Source: Eledone cirrhosa (lineage: Eukaryota). From it: a DNA stretch of 64,000 nt. Positions 1 to 12,701 of this stretch are shown here, in pieces. The notes under the pieces are model-generated. The model saw only the letters and a program-made list of their open reading frames with translations, was not told where the DNA came from and did no database searches. The stretch spans positions 216,628,001 to 216,692,000 of the forward strand of contig OZ024742.1 of the NCBI GenBank assembly GCA_964016885.1, given 5' to 3'. Positions within the stretch are counted from its first letter, which is position 1, and the number at the start of each line of letters is the position of its first letter. Made by a program: the position numbers and the translations under genes.

Positions 1-29
1 TGGCGGTGTATACATCGATAGATAGATAT

Positions 30-395
30 GTGTCTTTATTAGCCACAGGGGCACAAAAGAAGGGGACAAATACAAAGGGGGAAGTTTACATACAATAAGA
101 ACGTGTAAAATATTATCACAAATGTAAGTTAAAAGTTAATCGATTTTCCCCAATAGGGGGAGACTTTTCATATGAGTAACACATACCCACGAAATAAATG
201 TGCAACCCACATCTCCAGGAGTACGAATAGTTTGTACCCCTTTCCTCTCTTCCTCCTTTTCCTCAACCTACAGGCTGATATAGAGAGAAGGCCCATTCAC
301 TCGGGCCATTCTCACCACTTTCACCCACCTTTCATAAAACTTGCTGGAGTACAGCACCTCTGGTTCTTCTTCCAAAGTGGTATTTGAAAAAAAAA
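30..395 (-). mobile_element. 3' end fragment of Tx1/L1-clade LINE
   Basis: Homologous to the 3' ends at 12700-13100 and 16900-17240 (tttattagccaca...ggggacaaatacaaa; caacctacaggct...agaaggccc). Bounded by (GATA)n. Confidence 0.7.
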
Positions 396-409
396 AGAAT
401 CAGTTGTTG

Positions 410-461
<52 letters not shown>

Positions 462-466
462 CATAC

Positions 467-709
467 AACCCATCAGGGTTGCAGGTGTTATATCAGAGTT
501 TTCCTTCTCCTAGAATTCTGCCTTGACAAAGGCTAGGGGGTCATCTCTCCCGGTAATTTTGGATGGCCATTGACTTTTAAGAGCTCCTTTGTCCTTTGAC
601 CGGTTTTGTTTTTAGTCCTGCAGGATGTCCAAAGTCACCCTCTACACCAAGAAACCTTGGTGGGGTTGCCAGTTTAGTCGCCAACGACCCGACCATGAGA
701 CAGGTTGTA
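467..709 (-). mobile_element. 5' part of bipartite non-autonomous RTE-derived element
   Basis: Reverse complement of 34245-34490. Carries the RTE 5'UTR-like motif (ctaggagaaggaaaactctg on the element strand). Followed by (TACA)n. Confidence 0.7.
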
Positions 710-764
710 TACATACATACATACATACATACATACATACATACATACATACATACATACATAC

Positions 765-1213
765 ATGGTGGTGGCTGCCAACTCGTTTTCGAGTACGGCC
801 ACTACATTATATCCATGTAGGAGAACCCCTACCGATGCGCTGAACGAGTGTGACTTTTTAGTCCAGCCAGCGACTTGAAAACTCTGGTACAAACACTACA
901 CTTGTGACAATTATTGACACATAGTGCTGGGCCCATGGTACCATGCGACGACAAGTGCAGAGAGATCTCCAGATATAAAGCAATGCCTGTGCCGTGAAGC
1001 TTTTATAGTGATCAAAGGCACTGCACAAAGCCAGTCCCACTCTCTTAACCAAGATCATATTTACCAAAAAGAAGTAGAAATATACGACATCATTGTTGCA
1101 GGTGTTATATCAGAGTTTTCCTTCTCCTAGAATTCTGCCTTGACAAAGGCTAAGGGGTCATCTCTCCCAGTGATTTTGGATGGCCATTGATTCTTAAGAG
1201 CTCCTTTGCCCTT

Positions 1214-1215
<2 letters not shown>
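765..1215 (-). mobile_element. 5'-truncated copy of bipartite RTE-derived element
   Basis: Matches 34360-34815. Encodes the RTE C-terminal C2H2 remnant CSVCTRVFKSLAGLKSHTR and has an (ATGT)n tail. Confidence 0.75.
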
Positions 1216-1245
<30 letters not shown>

Positions 1246-1329
1246 CATACATACATACATACATACATACATACATACATACATACATACATACATACAT
1301 ACGTACATACATGATGTGTTGGTGGTATA

Positions 1330-2490
1330 TTCATGGTTTTTTTAACATTTATATGCATTGTAGGCACTTATATTTTGTTGTATATTTTTGGTAGTGGAGT
1401 ATGAAATTTGACCGTTGATCTATTGAAAATTTGATGGTATTTATGGTTTGGCGGGAAGTTTTTCTCTAGGACAGTAAAAAATAATTTATAGGGATATTAT
1501 GTTTAATTTGTAGATTAAATGGAGAATTATACCAAGTAACTCGTCTATTACGGTTTCGATGCTGTTTTTTCTTTTTTATACGATGTATCCTGATGTTTAC
1601 TAAGAGAGTTAGTATTAGTGAATTTATTATACATATGTTTAGTTAGATTCACTGATTTAGGTGTTTTAGTCTGATTATTAGGAATTTTGTTAGTAATGTT
1701 ATTAACATCTATTGGAGTATTAGGATGAATGGTTTTTTGAAAGTTATTATATTTTATGTGAGAAGAGGTAGAGAAATTAAATTTTAAGTTGGTATTTTTG
1801 GGTATAGTTTGAGTGGCATTTAGGTGTGTATTTTTCATTTGGTGTTTGTTGGTAATATTGGGTTGTATGTTTGTAGTATTATTGATACAAGGTATATAGA
1901 CTAATTTGTTTTTGTGGCCGCTTCTAGCTAAAGCTTCGTTATAAATGGTCGCATCTTTATCGAATACATCCTGGTTAGATGAAAGGTTAGAAATTCTGAG
2001 TGAGATTTTATATGCTAGGTTTTTAAGGATAGATCTAGGGTGCTTGGATTGTGAGTGTATGTAATGTAAGTTTTGGTTAGGTTTATGGTAAGGTTGGTAA
2101 ATACCCGTAGATAAGTCTAAAGTTATATCAAGGAAATTAACTACTTTGCTGGTGTTTTCAAATGTAATAGTGAGACTATAATAGTCTTTGAGGAAAGTTC
2201 TAATAATTTTTTTATTTTTTTTCAATTTCTGATAGTCTAAGGTTAGTAGAAAGAAGAAGACAGTCATCACGATATAAATCACCTTTAAGGTGGGGAAAAG
2301 AAGCATTTATGTTAAATAGAAGAAAGAGGCCCACAAGATGGGTAATTTGGGCAGAATCACTAGAGCCCATAATAATGTCGAATAGATTACTATATGTATT
2401 TCTGGTCCAGTATTCCTTCTGAAATTCCAGTAGTGTTTGTCTAGCGTGCGTGATAATATTACTACAACAATATAACCCTCCCCAAGTATA
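1330..2490 (-). mobile_element. Penelope-like (Naiad-type) RT fragment, frameshifted
   Basis: ORF 1548-2306 has VNFLDITLDLSTGIYQPYHKPNQNLHYIHSQSKHP, homologous to ORF 56261-57403. A DIIMGSSDSAQI motif is present out of frame near 2340-2380. Confidence 0.85.
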
Positions 2491-2493
2491 ACA

Positions 2494-2620
<127 letters not shown>

Positions 2621-2829
2621 TATTTATCCTTTTGTAATATCTTTCCATCTCTGCCTCTTTTAGATCTTGCCCTCTTCTACATCTTTCTGTCCCTATTTCT
2701 TTTTCCTTTTCCAATATGTGTCTGAATCTTTCTTCTTGTTTCTATATCATATAGTGATCTGTGTAGAATGTGTTTGATTCTCTTCACTCCTAATCTTTAC
2801 TTAAATCTCATTCAGCTTTCTCGGGGTAT

Positions 2830-2990
2830 TCAAGTGCACTATATTTATTGATGTATAACATGCCATCGTCAAATATTCACAATATTATTCTGACTGAAAT
2901 AGCACCAAAATCCATATCAAATACCATCCCGCTTAAATTCTGTCTAGTATCATTAAGTATACTCCTATGCAATTTTCTCGGCATATATCT
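2830..2990 (-). mobile_element. Degraded upstream RT piece of a Penelope-like element
   Basis: Weak similarity to the SKSILD...FDI region of Naiad RT. Same strand as the 1330-2490 fragment. Confidence 0.35.
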
Positions 2991-3114
2991 GTATACATCT
3001 ATATATGTATGCATGTATGTATGTGTGTATGTGCATGTAAGTGCGTATTTATTTATGTATATATGTAAGTATACATTTGCCTCCTGTGTGTTTGTTTGTT
3101 CATTTTCAACTATA

Positions 3115-3242
<128 letters not shown>

Positions 3243-3284
3243 AAACATACATACGCACTTACATGCACATACAAATGCCTGACA

Positions 3285-3671
3285 AATGACATCGTAGATT
3301 AATGTGATGTCATCTCAGGACCTGATGACAACAACATAAAGACTTATATGGGTATGACTTCCAACAATTTTAACACCCGGTGGTATGCCCATACCCACTC
3401 TTTCAGAAGACCGGACAAATCCAATCAGACAATACTCGCCTCCTATGTCTGGGACATCAAGAGGAACTCCACCCTTTTCACGCTCAAATGGAAACCGCGA
3501 TCCTACAATGGAGGACACAAGTACTGTGACATTTGTATTTCAGAGTGCTACGAAATACTATTTGCCAAGGGCCCGATACAGAACAAACTCTCTGAAAACT
3601 GCCCAAATTGCATGCACAAAAGCTTTGCAACTTTCAAATATCTTAAGCCAGTGTTGATGCCAGATGACTAA
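3285..3671 (+). mobile_element. Penelope-like GIY-YIG endonuclease fragment
   Basis: TYMGMTSNNFNTRWYAH...LASYVWDIK...CDICISE...CMH, homologous to the C-terminal domain of ORF 7094-7873. Confidence 0.85.
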
Positions 3672-3862
3672 AGAATTTTTTTTTAAAACCCAATTCGACA
3701 AAATATCCCCTCCACCTCCATCCCACCATACTCCTACCCCCATCTCGACCCGCCTCGCGGCACTATGGTTATGTAAGTACTTCTTACCTGTCTTCTTTCT
3801 CAACATGTATACCGTACTTCAATATATGTATGTATATATGTATGTGTATGTGTGTGTGTATT

Positions 3863-4060
<198 letters not shown>

Positions 4061-4184
4061 AATACACACACACATACACATATATATATAGATACATATA
4101 TTGAAGTACGTTATACAAATGTATACCGTACTTCAATATACGTATGGATATATGTATGTGTATGTGTGTGTGTATTTATGTATA

Positions 4185-4807
4185 TATATATATATATATA
4201 ACTGAGGATGTCTGCCTGTGTGTGTGTATGTGTGTGTGTGTCTGTGAGTTTGAATCCCTAAAACTCGAGAAGTACCCAACCGATTTTTTTCAAACTTTAC
4301 ATGTATATTACTTATGTTTCAGGGAGTGTTATGCACGATTCAACTTTATGACCCCGTAGGTGAAAAACTGCGTTTTTTTTTCAGCTTTGTAGGGGTTTTT
4401 TTAGGCGTTACGTCAGACCGATTTCCTTGAAATTGTAACTATGTATTAGTCTGTCTCTTCTTCATATCGTGAACATAGAAAATCCAACTTTTTTATGGCA
4501 TGAGGTGAAAGTCTTCATTTTTTTCAGCTTTTTAGGGCGTTTTTGAGGCGTTACGTCTAGCCGATTTTCCCGAAATCTCAAGGCACATAAAAAAATTCAT
4601 TTTCTTGATCCCCTAGGGTCCACATTAGGTGAAAACCTGCATTTTTCCTGCTGCATCGAGGAAAATCTTATAGATTATCCAGCCATCAGAGTATTCGGTT
4701 TATTTTCTTTACATATTGTCCAGGCTTGCAATTTTTCCACGATTAGGTCTGTTGGCGGCCTGCGTTCCAAAATACCTTATCCCGTGCAAAGCCGGGTACC
4801 ACTGCTA

Positions 4808-4808
<1 letters not shown>
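4185..4808 (+). mobile_element. Non-autonomous Helitron
   Basis: 3' hairpin CCCGTGCAAAGCCGGG (4781-4796) followed by terminal CTAG (4805-4808) and T. GTCT/GT-rich microsatellite near the 5' end and internal subrepeats (taggtgaaaa, gcgttacgtc). The 5' TC terminus is lost in (TA)n. Confidence 0.75.
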
Positions 4809-4845
<37 letters not shown>

Positions 4846-4846
<1 letters not shown>

Positions 4847-5096
4847 CTTGATCACCTTCACCGACCAGTCTGTCGGGAGCCAATCGGCGCCGCTGGTCAC
4901 AGCACGTCGTGCTGTTTTAGCCATAAGATAACGTTATCCCATTGGCTGGGCGGGCAGGCCGGTACTCATTTCTACAGCTGATCAAACTGGAGCAACGTGA
5001 AATAAAGTGTCTTGCTCTAGGCATCACCCGGTCCGAGAATTGAACGCACAACCTTTCGATTGCAAGCCCAATGCTTTAACCACTAAGCCATGCGCC

Positions 5097-5100
<4 letters not shown>
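4846..5100 (-). mobile_element. tRNA-derived SINE (second family)
   Basis: Minus strand begins ggcgcatggcttagtggttaaagc (A box), then gttcaattc (B box), then gagcaagacactttatttcacgttgctccagt. Confidence 0.75.
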
Positions 5101-5148
<48 letters not shown>

Positions 5149-5317
5149 ATTATATATATGTGTATATATGTGTATATGTGCATATGTATGTGTATATATG
5201 TGTATATATGTGTATATGTGCATATGTATGTGTATATATGTGTATATGTGCATATGTATGTGTATATATGTGTATATATGTGTATATGTATGTGTATGTG
5301 TGTGTGCGTATATGTAC

Positions 5318-5368
<51 letters not shown>

Positions 5369-5461
5369 GGAGGTGAGTTTTATTGTAGTACAATAAAGCA
5401 ATGCAGATATCGAATAAGAAGCACTCTACAGTTTGTAGGACTGGAGTATACATAATATATA

Positions 5462-5840
<379 letters not shown>

Positions 5841-6070
5841 GTAAGTGTGTGTATATGTGTGTGTATATATGTGTGTGTATATGTACATATGTGTGTGTCA
5901 GTGTATATATATATATATATATATAACCAGGGAATGTAACTGTAGGTTCACCCGGGCGAGCACTCAATGTTTAGGTTCACTTCAGTGTCGAGGTGTAGAG
6001 CTAGACAGAGTGTATTATAGTGAAAAGATAACAAGGACAATTGGTTAATCCTTGATTACATTTATTGGCT

Positions 6071-6155
6071 GGTGACGCGCGTTTCGCCACTGATCAGCTC
6101 AAGGTTCGATCTGTATCGATCTTACCCGACTCTGTAATCTGCGGCTCGTCGGACC
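6071..6155 (-). ncRNA. Type I hammerhead motif in PLE 3' pLTR (U4C core variant)
   Basis: ggt-CCGACGA-gccgc...gtggc-GAAAC-GCGC-GTC-acc, with AATAAA 4 nt downstream. Confidence 0.7.
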
Positions 6156-7093
6156 CCTTGTAATGCTAGTAGAAAATGAATACATGCTATATGATAAAGT
6201 CAGAAGTTCATATATTGGGCAATAAAGTTTGTTTTGATTGGTGGAATAGTTCATAGGGATGTATTTGCCAGTAGTGTATGTGGGGGTGGGGTGGTGATAA
6301 GATGGTGGTGATGGTCGCAGGCTGAAGTGGGCGTGGGGGAGGGGTGCTGGTTGTCGGTAGACAGATTGACTTGTAGTTGAGGCTGATATTTGTGTATGAT
6401 GTGGGTGTGGTGTTGTTGCTTGTGGTTATGGTGTTTATGGTGGTGTGATGAATGTGCTGGTGGCGTCAATTTCAATAAGGAGATACATACATAGACACAC
6501 TTAGTCTGACAAATACGTTGTATACATACACATGTGTACATATATATATAGAGAGAGAGAGAGAGCCAGTGGAGATGTCGTTATACAAATAAATATACTT
6601 ACACACAGACACACACACACAGACATGCGTTGTTTAGGAAGGGATGATATGTGGTGGTGATGATGATTGTTGAAGTATGGAGATGTGCCTGGTGGTGGCG
6701 GTGGTGGTGTGTGCGACAAAATATTTACAGTATCGAATTTTACGATGGATTACAGGTTAAACAATGACATAGGGAACACAGGGAAAACAAGGTTGTGAAT
6801 GAGGGATGGTGAATGTAAAGCGATGTGTATGTGGTGGTGGTGGCGATGGGGTGATATGTTCGACATTATATATACAGGATCGGATGTTACGATGGTTTAC
6901 AAGGTAAAACCTGACAGAGAGGACAGATAGAGCACAATGGTACTGATATGAGGGATGTATGGCTATGTGTCTGTTGGTGGGGGTGATGGATGCGACATGA
7001 TAGTTACAAAATCTGAACTTACAAAGGGTTACATGTTATATAAGACAAATGCACTGAGATGAGGATGGTGTGGCAAGGCAAAGCTGGTTATCA

Positions 7094-7873
7094 CTATGTT
7101 GAGTCAGGGTTAGTGTGTAGCCCTCGGCCGAATGTTTGTGCAGAGAAGATATTCAACCTGGTGTGTCTACAATTTATAATTATGTCAGACCTAGAGTTTA
7201 TGGCAGGTTTCGATTTAATGATCTCAGCCGCCTTGGTCATGCATAACCTGCAGTGATTTCTGTCGCTGGGGAGTGGGGCCACACGTCTTTTAACTGACCA
7301 TATGATCTGGAATTCGATGTTCTTGTCTTTGAGGTCCCAGATCAAGTAGGCCAGACTAATTTGGGATCGTTTGAGCCTGTGTTTAAATGAGCTTTTGTGG
7401 TTATACCAGCGCTCCTTAAACGTAGTCAAGGTCGCACCTATATAGGAGTACTCTTTTCTGCCGGATGTGACATCGCACCGGTAAATAATGTTTTTAACGA
7501 GGCACTCCCCGTTTAGTGGGCATTCTACCCGCTTTTTGCAGTTGCAGTTGGGGGTTACCCGTTTGATGGCACGTTGCCGGTTGTTCGTATTCTGTTTGGA
7601 GCTGGCATTTGGGTTGTTGTGTCGTGTTGTGTGTGTGGCTTCGTTCTGGGTTGTGCTAGTGGTTTGTTGTGGAGCTACCATGTGTTTGCGTATTTTTGTC
7701 CTAATAGTGTGTGCTATCGTGTCGCCTAGATTTGGTGCTGTGGAGAAGGAGCATTTGACAGTGTGTCTATTAAAGAGCTTGTGGTATTTATGTGTGGGTG
7801 GGAAGGATTGTTCCAGAGCTCTGAAGAAGGTTCTCGGCATATTGGTGGCAACGTGTATAGGTCTACATGTCAC
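7094..7873 (-). pseudogene. C-terminal thumb/linker and GIY-YIG endonuclease of PLE
   Basis: CxCx5CPLxGxCL linker, IIYRC...YSYIGAT, FKERWYNH, CRLC, CRH. Confidence 0.9.
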
Positions 7874-9099
7874 AGGTCTACTTCGGGCTTTACGGTGTTT
7901 AGTGTGGTTGTTGTGGTTTGGTGGTTGCGTGGGTGCGTTTTAGTCAGGCGTATTTTTCATAGGGGTTCCTACTATTCTATTGGCGTTATGTCTCGGGTTT
8001 CTATTACTTCGTTTACGCGTGCGATATTCAGAGTCCTTATTGGGGTTGGAGTGTATAGCTTTATCTCGTTGGCAGTTGTGTGTAACGCTGCTTGCCCTGC
8101 CGGCTAAGGAGGGTCTTAGGTTAGTATTTGCTCTAGGTGTGGTTTCCTCGTCTATGTGTGTTTCTAAGGGTCTGATTAGGTTTAGCGGCGTTGCGGTTCT
8201 AGTTGGGTCATTGTAAGATATCTTCTCAATGTAACCAGCTTTTTCAAGTGCGGAGTTATAGTATTCCGCGTGCTGGTTGAAGATAGTTCTATTTGCCGAC
8301 ATGGTGGACACTATAGGATACGCTTTTAACTATTGAGTTAATTATGCTCCAAGGGTTGTTGGAGTGTCTGTTGACATATTTGAGGTTTTCATTTGGTTTA
8401 TGGTAAGGGCGGTTGAGACCTGTGTCTAATTCTAAAGTGACGTCTAAGAAATTTACTGCCCTACTGTTGGGTTCTATTTCTACGGCTAATACCTGGGTCT
8501 TAAAGATATATCTAAGTCGCTTATGTAGTCTATCTAATTGGCCATGCCACGTCGTCACGGTACAAGTCACCGCCCATGGTGGGGAACTCATCTGTTAATA
8601 TATTTAGGAAGTATAGGTCTACTATATCGGTACCATGTGCGGTGCCGGTCGACGGCATTGTAATGTCGAAGCTATCTGGTCTAACCCGGTCAATGATAGA
8701 TTTGCTTAGTCTACGTAGGTCTGATTTAGAGGGAGCTATGAGTCTGACGGGTAGTTTGGACTGAAAGTCCGGTTTGTGGTCTTTAATAGATATCTTCGGT
8801 GTCCTAGGGGAGTAGGGTTGAGTACTATCATCTATGCTCAGTTCCGTCATTATTGTTTTCGCCTGTTTGTTTATGTGTGCTAGGTTTTCCCGTGTTGATG
8901 TTTTGTATATTTTAGCTATTTCCTTTGTGATGCATTTCTTGTAGGTTTTGTACTCCAAATTATAGGTGTTTCCTGTTTTATCGGCCGGTACGATAATGCC
9001 AGGGTTATTCCTGACCTTTTTTACAGAAGATGCGAGCCCAGACAGGAATGCACTTCTGTCAGGGTTTCGCGGTGGTTTTCTGAATTTAATATATATATA

Positions 9100-9157
<58 letters not shown>

Positions 9158-9336
9158 ACATAAACAGAGAAAGCCTTAAGCGATACTCCGACCAACTCCA
9201 TCTCACTCAACAAACATTAGGATATACCTAAGTATTATCCCGATTTAGTGTTTGGGGTGCTAACTAATCAGTATTTCGTAGATAGCTGGTTGTATTATAT
9301 TATATGAGACATTATTAAATAAATATCTCTGTCCTA

Positions 9337-9458
9337 CCAAACGGCCGTTTCGTTATAAGATTTCTACAATTTGCGATAAATAATTTCCATGTTATGTAGA
9401 AACTTGTATATAATCCATAGTTTTATACACAAGCGGGCTCTTATAAACTCATCAGTGG
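9337..9458 (-). ncRNA. Type I hammerhead (family B, GUU triplet)
   Basis: cca-CTGATGA-gtttataaga...tcttataac-GAAAC-GGCC-GTT-tgg. Confidence 0.75.
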
Positions 9459-10091
9459 ATGCCCAAATAATATCGATGTAAGAATTATATCGACATTAAT
9501 AGAATGGTGATGGTCTCCCTCGGCGCTAAGAAGAGACTGGTAGATTAGAAAACCCAGCAGTCCTCCCAAAGATATAATACACGCTGTCCCCAAAAGGGTA
9601 AAGGGAGGTCATCTTAAAATAAAACAATATACACGCTGGTCATTTAAACTTGTTAGGTATTAACCACGTGTATAAGAACTCAATTGGATATTAAAAGAAT
9701 AACCCTATGTATACACAACCAAGGCACACACAGAGATATTAAAACATAATAAATACATGTATGGATCAACCATATACACACATAGCCATTCTCTAAGGTT
9801 AAATCAGACATGGGATACAAGGATAATCAATCAGTATTTCATATAAAAAATAATAATAATAAAGAGCGTCATACCTTATATCTGGAAATCATAACAGGCC
9901 ACCCAAGAGTATATATTCAATACATAAACAGAGAAAGCCTTAAGCGATACTCCGACCAACTCCATCTCACTCAACAAACATTAGGATATACCTGAGTATA
10001 ATCCCAATTTGGTGTTTGGGGTGCTAACTAATCAATATTTCGTGGATAACTGATTGTATATGAGACAGTATTAAATAAATATCTCTTTCCT

Positions 10092-10215
10092 TCCAGACGG
10101 CCGTTTCGTTATAAGATTTCTACAATTTGGGATAAATAATTTCCATGTTATGTAGAAACTTGTATATAATCCGTAGTTTTATACACAAGCGGGCTCTTAT
10201 AAACTCATCAGTGGA
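10092..10215 (-). ncRNA. Type I hammerhead (family B, canonical GUC)
   Basis: tcca-CTGATGA-gtttataaga...tcttataac-GAAAC-GGCC-GTC-tgga, with two extra hairpins inside stem II. Confidence 0.85.
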
Positions 10216-10333
10216 TGCCCAAATAATATCGATATGAGAATTATATCGACATTAATAGATATATATATGCATATATATATGTATATGTATGTATATATAT
10301 ACGTGTGTGTGTGTGTGGGCGTGTGTATGAATG

Positions 10334-10365
<32 letters not shown>

Positions 10366-10579
10366 TGTGTATGTGTTTGTGTGTATATGTATGCATATAT
10401 ATATATATATATATGTATGTATGTGTGTATATGTGTGTATATATATGTGTATATATATGTATGTATGTGTGTATGAATATATATATATATATATGTGTGT
10501 GTATGTTTATATATATATATATGTATGTGTGTATATTATGTATATGTGTATATGTATATATATATATATATACAATATG

Positions 10580-10610
<31 letters not shown>

Positions 10611-10623
10611 ATGTGCATGTATC

Positions 10624-10675
<52 letters not shown>

Positions 10676-10991
10676 TGGGTATAAGAGTGTGTGTTTTTGC
10701 GAGTGTGTGGGAGTAAGAGCTTTATATATGTGTGCCTGTGAATGTGCTTGTAGATACGGAATATGAAATATAGGCATTGTTAGCTTAAGAGAACCTTAAA
10801 AATAAGGAGTGGCATCCCCAATTTGAACTTGTTTATAGAATTCTTTCTGCCTTTGTTACTCTAAATATAGCTTTTAAAGAATTCCCTTTTCTTTAAACCC
10901 ATCAACCAATGACCTCCACCCATCCCAATCCCCACCCTCTCCTACCACCAGAAAATATATAAATACCACCATATTTACTTGGACAGTCAGC

Positions 10992-11036
10992 TTCCTGATG
11001 ATTTCTCACGAATGAAACAGTTCTAGTCCTGTGGAA
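10992..11036 (+). ncRNA. Hammerhead (family C), probably inactive GUG triplet
   Basis: ttc-CTGATGA-tttctcacgaat-GAA-acag-ttctagtc-ctgt-G-gaa. Homologue of 20500-20550. Confidence 0.6.
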
Positions 11037-11117
11037 TATTTTCTATATTAAATATATATATTACATAAAAACGGAGAATCAGTGGTGCGACGAATTAAGT
11101 GATTTTTCTCTTGAGAC

Positions 11118-11272
11118 ATTCTAACCACATATCCGTAATATCAGAGCTGAGATCTCTTAATTCGGAACAGTAACGGTTCTACCTGGAGAGATTCTCCGAA
11201 TCATGCTACGCATAATATTTTGGACGAAAGTAAACTAAGTTTTTTTTTTCCACTCGAAAATGAAACCGAGCC
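11118..11272 (+). repeat. Unclassified dispersed repeat
   Basis: Diverged second copy at 39268-39423 (acattcta...tccgtaatatc...aaatgaaaccgagc). Confidence 0.6.
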
Positions 11273-11618
11273 GTGGAACCTTCTAGTTTTTAGTTTAACA
11301 TGACATCGACTAAGATTTGAATTTACGAAATCTTGGCAATCACAATACAGGTTGTATAATTTCTCGTGACGAGGAAAAACATCCTCCTGTTGGCAGATGT
11401 TCTTTGCGTGTGATTAGTTAAACATAGAACAGAGACTGTTGCACGCACCAGAAATCACTGGACTGGAGATCCAGTATCAGTGCAAACGGATACGACATCT
11501 AGATTTTGATCTGACGCTAAATCAGATTGGCCTGGTCATTAATCCTCGAACAGTTAGGTGAACAAGTTGGGTGGCTAGGGGGTGTTGTCATAGGAAACTG
11601 TACTCGATTGAACCCGAT

Positions 11619-11654
<36 letters not shown>

Positions 11655-11723
11655 ACATACACATGCACGTACGCGCAAACACGTTCACGCTCGTGCAATC
11701 CCCCATAGATGTACATATATATA

Positions 11724-11813
<90 letters not shown>

Positions 11814-12647
11814 CATATATATTTACACATGTGTGTGTGTGTGTGTGTGTGTCTGTGTGAGTGTGTGTGTATGTGTGTGTTTGTGTGTGTATTTCTTCGA
11901 CCTCTCAGTAAGCTGGTTTGTTGAATATGGTCTGATTCCGAACAAAATTGATACCTAGGTCAACTGACAGAGTATTCGGATCTAAAGCTGAATCAGATTG
12001 ATCATGTATCTATTATATTCCCTTGATATCTGGAGACATTGAAGTAATATAGTATAAAGTGTTCTTACCGGAAAATTCCATAGAGCTACCAGTCAGTCCA
12101 ATATATTTACTATTCAGTCACCTAACCTCACGTAATATATATATATAAGATGGAATTTAATGAGCTAAATCTATTTCAACAGCTGTCGAGAAGCTAAGTA
12201 TCGTCTTTATTAACATATTTTTTATTGTTACTTTCTGTAATTTAGCCATACTTTTTCTTTAATTCTGTCCTAACTAATCAATATGATTTGGTATTGTTTT
12301 CTCCTAGGGGAAATCTCACTTAAAATAATTGGAGATTATTTCCTTCGTATAATCTCATGTTTTCCCTCATCTCTAATATTTATATTGCGATGAAATAAAA
12401 ATGAATGACAGCTTTATCGTGAAGTAGATGGTAGAATCATCAACTAGTTAGGTAGCTGCATATTTAGTTCTCTTCAGTTTCAAATTACATATTGTAATGA
12501 AAATATCATCCAAAGAGAGATCGATCGATGGATAGATTGACAGATAGAGAGAGTGAGAAAGAGGTAGAGAGAGAAAGAGTCAGACAGACAGACTCACAGA
12601 CAGAATAATAAATATATAAATAGATAGACAGATAGATAGATAGATAT

Positions 12648-12699
<52 letters not shown>

Positions 12700-12701
<2 letters not shown>

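Larger units (their letters stand above)
5922..9085 (-). mobile_element. Penelope-like element (Naiad-type), 5'-truncated and disabled
   Basis: Successive ORF pieces: ADKTGN...PVRLIAPSKSDL...LYRDD, VNFLDVTL...PYHKPN, CNCKKRVECPLNGECL, YIG, CRLC. Long 3'UTR with hammerhead and AATAAA. (TA)n at both ends. Confidence 0.9.
9154..10259 (-). repeat. Two ~350-bp direct repeats (9154-9503, 9918-10259) each carrying a hammerhead; tandem pLTR or retrozyme-like unit
   Basis: Near-identical repeats offset by ~760 nt, bounded by (TA)n on both sides. Confidence 0.85.

Noticed and set aside
3315-3345. CTGATGA at 3322
   Set aside because: It lies in the GIY-YIG coding remnant, with no stem II or GAAA.
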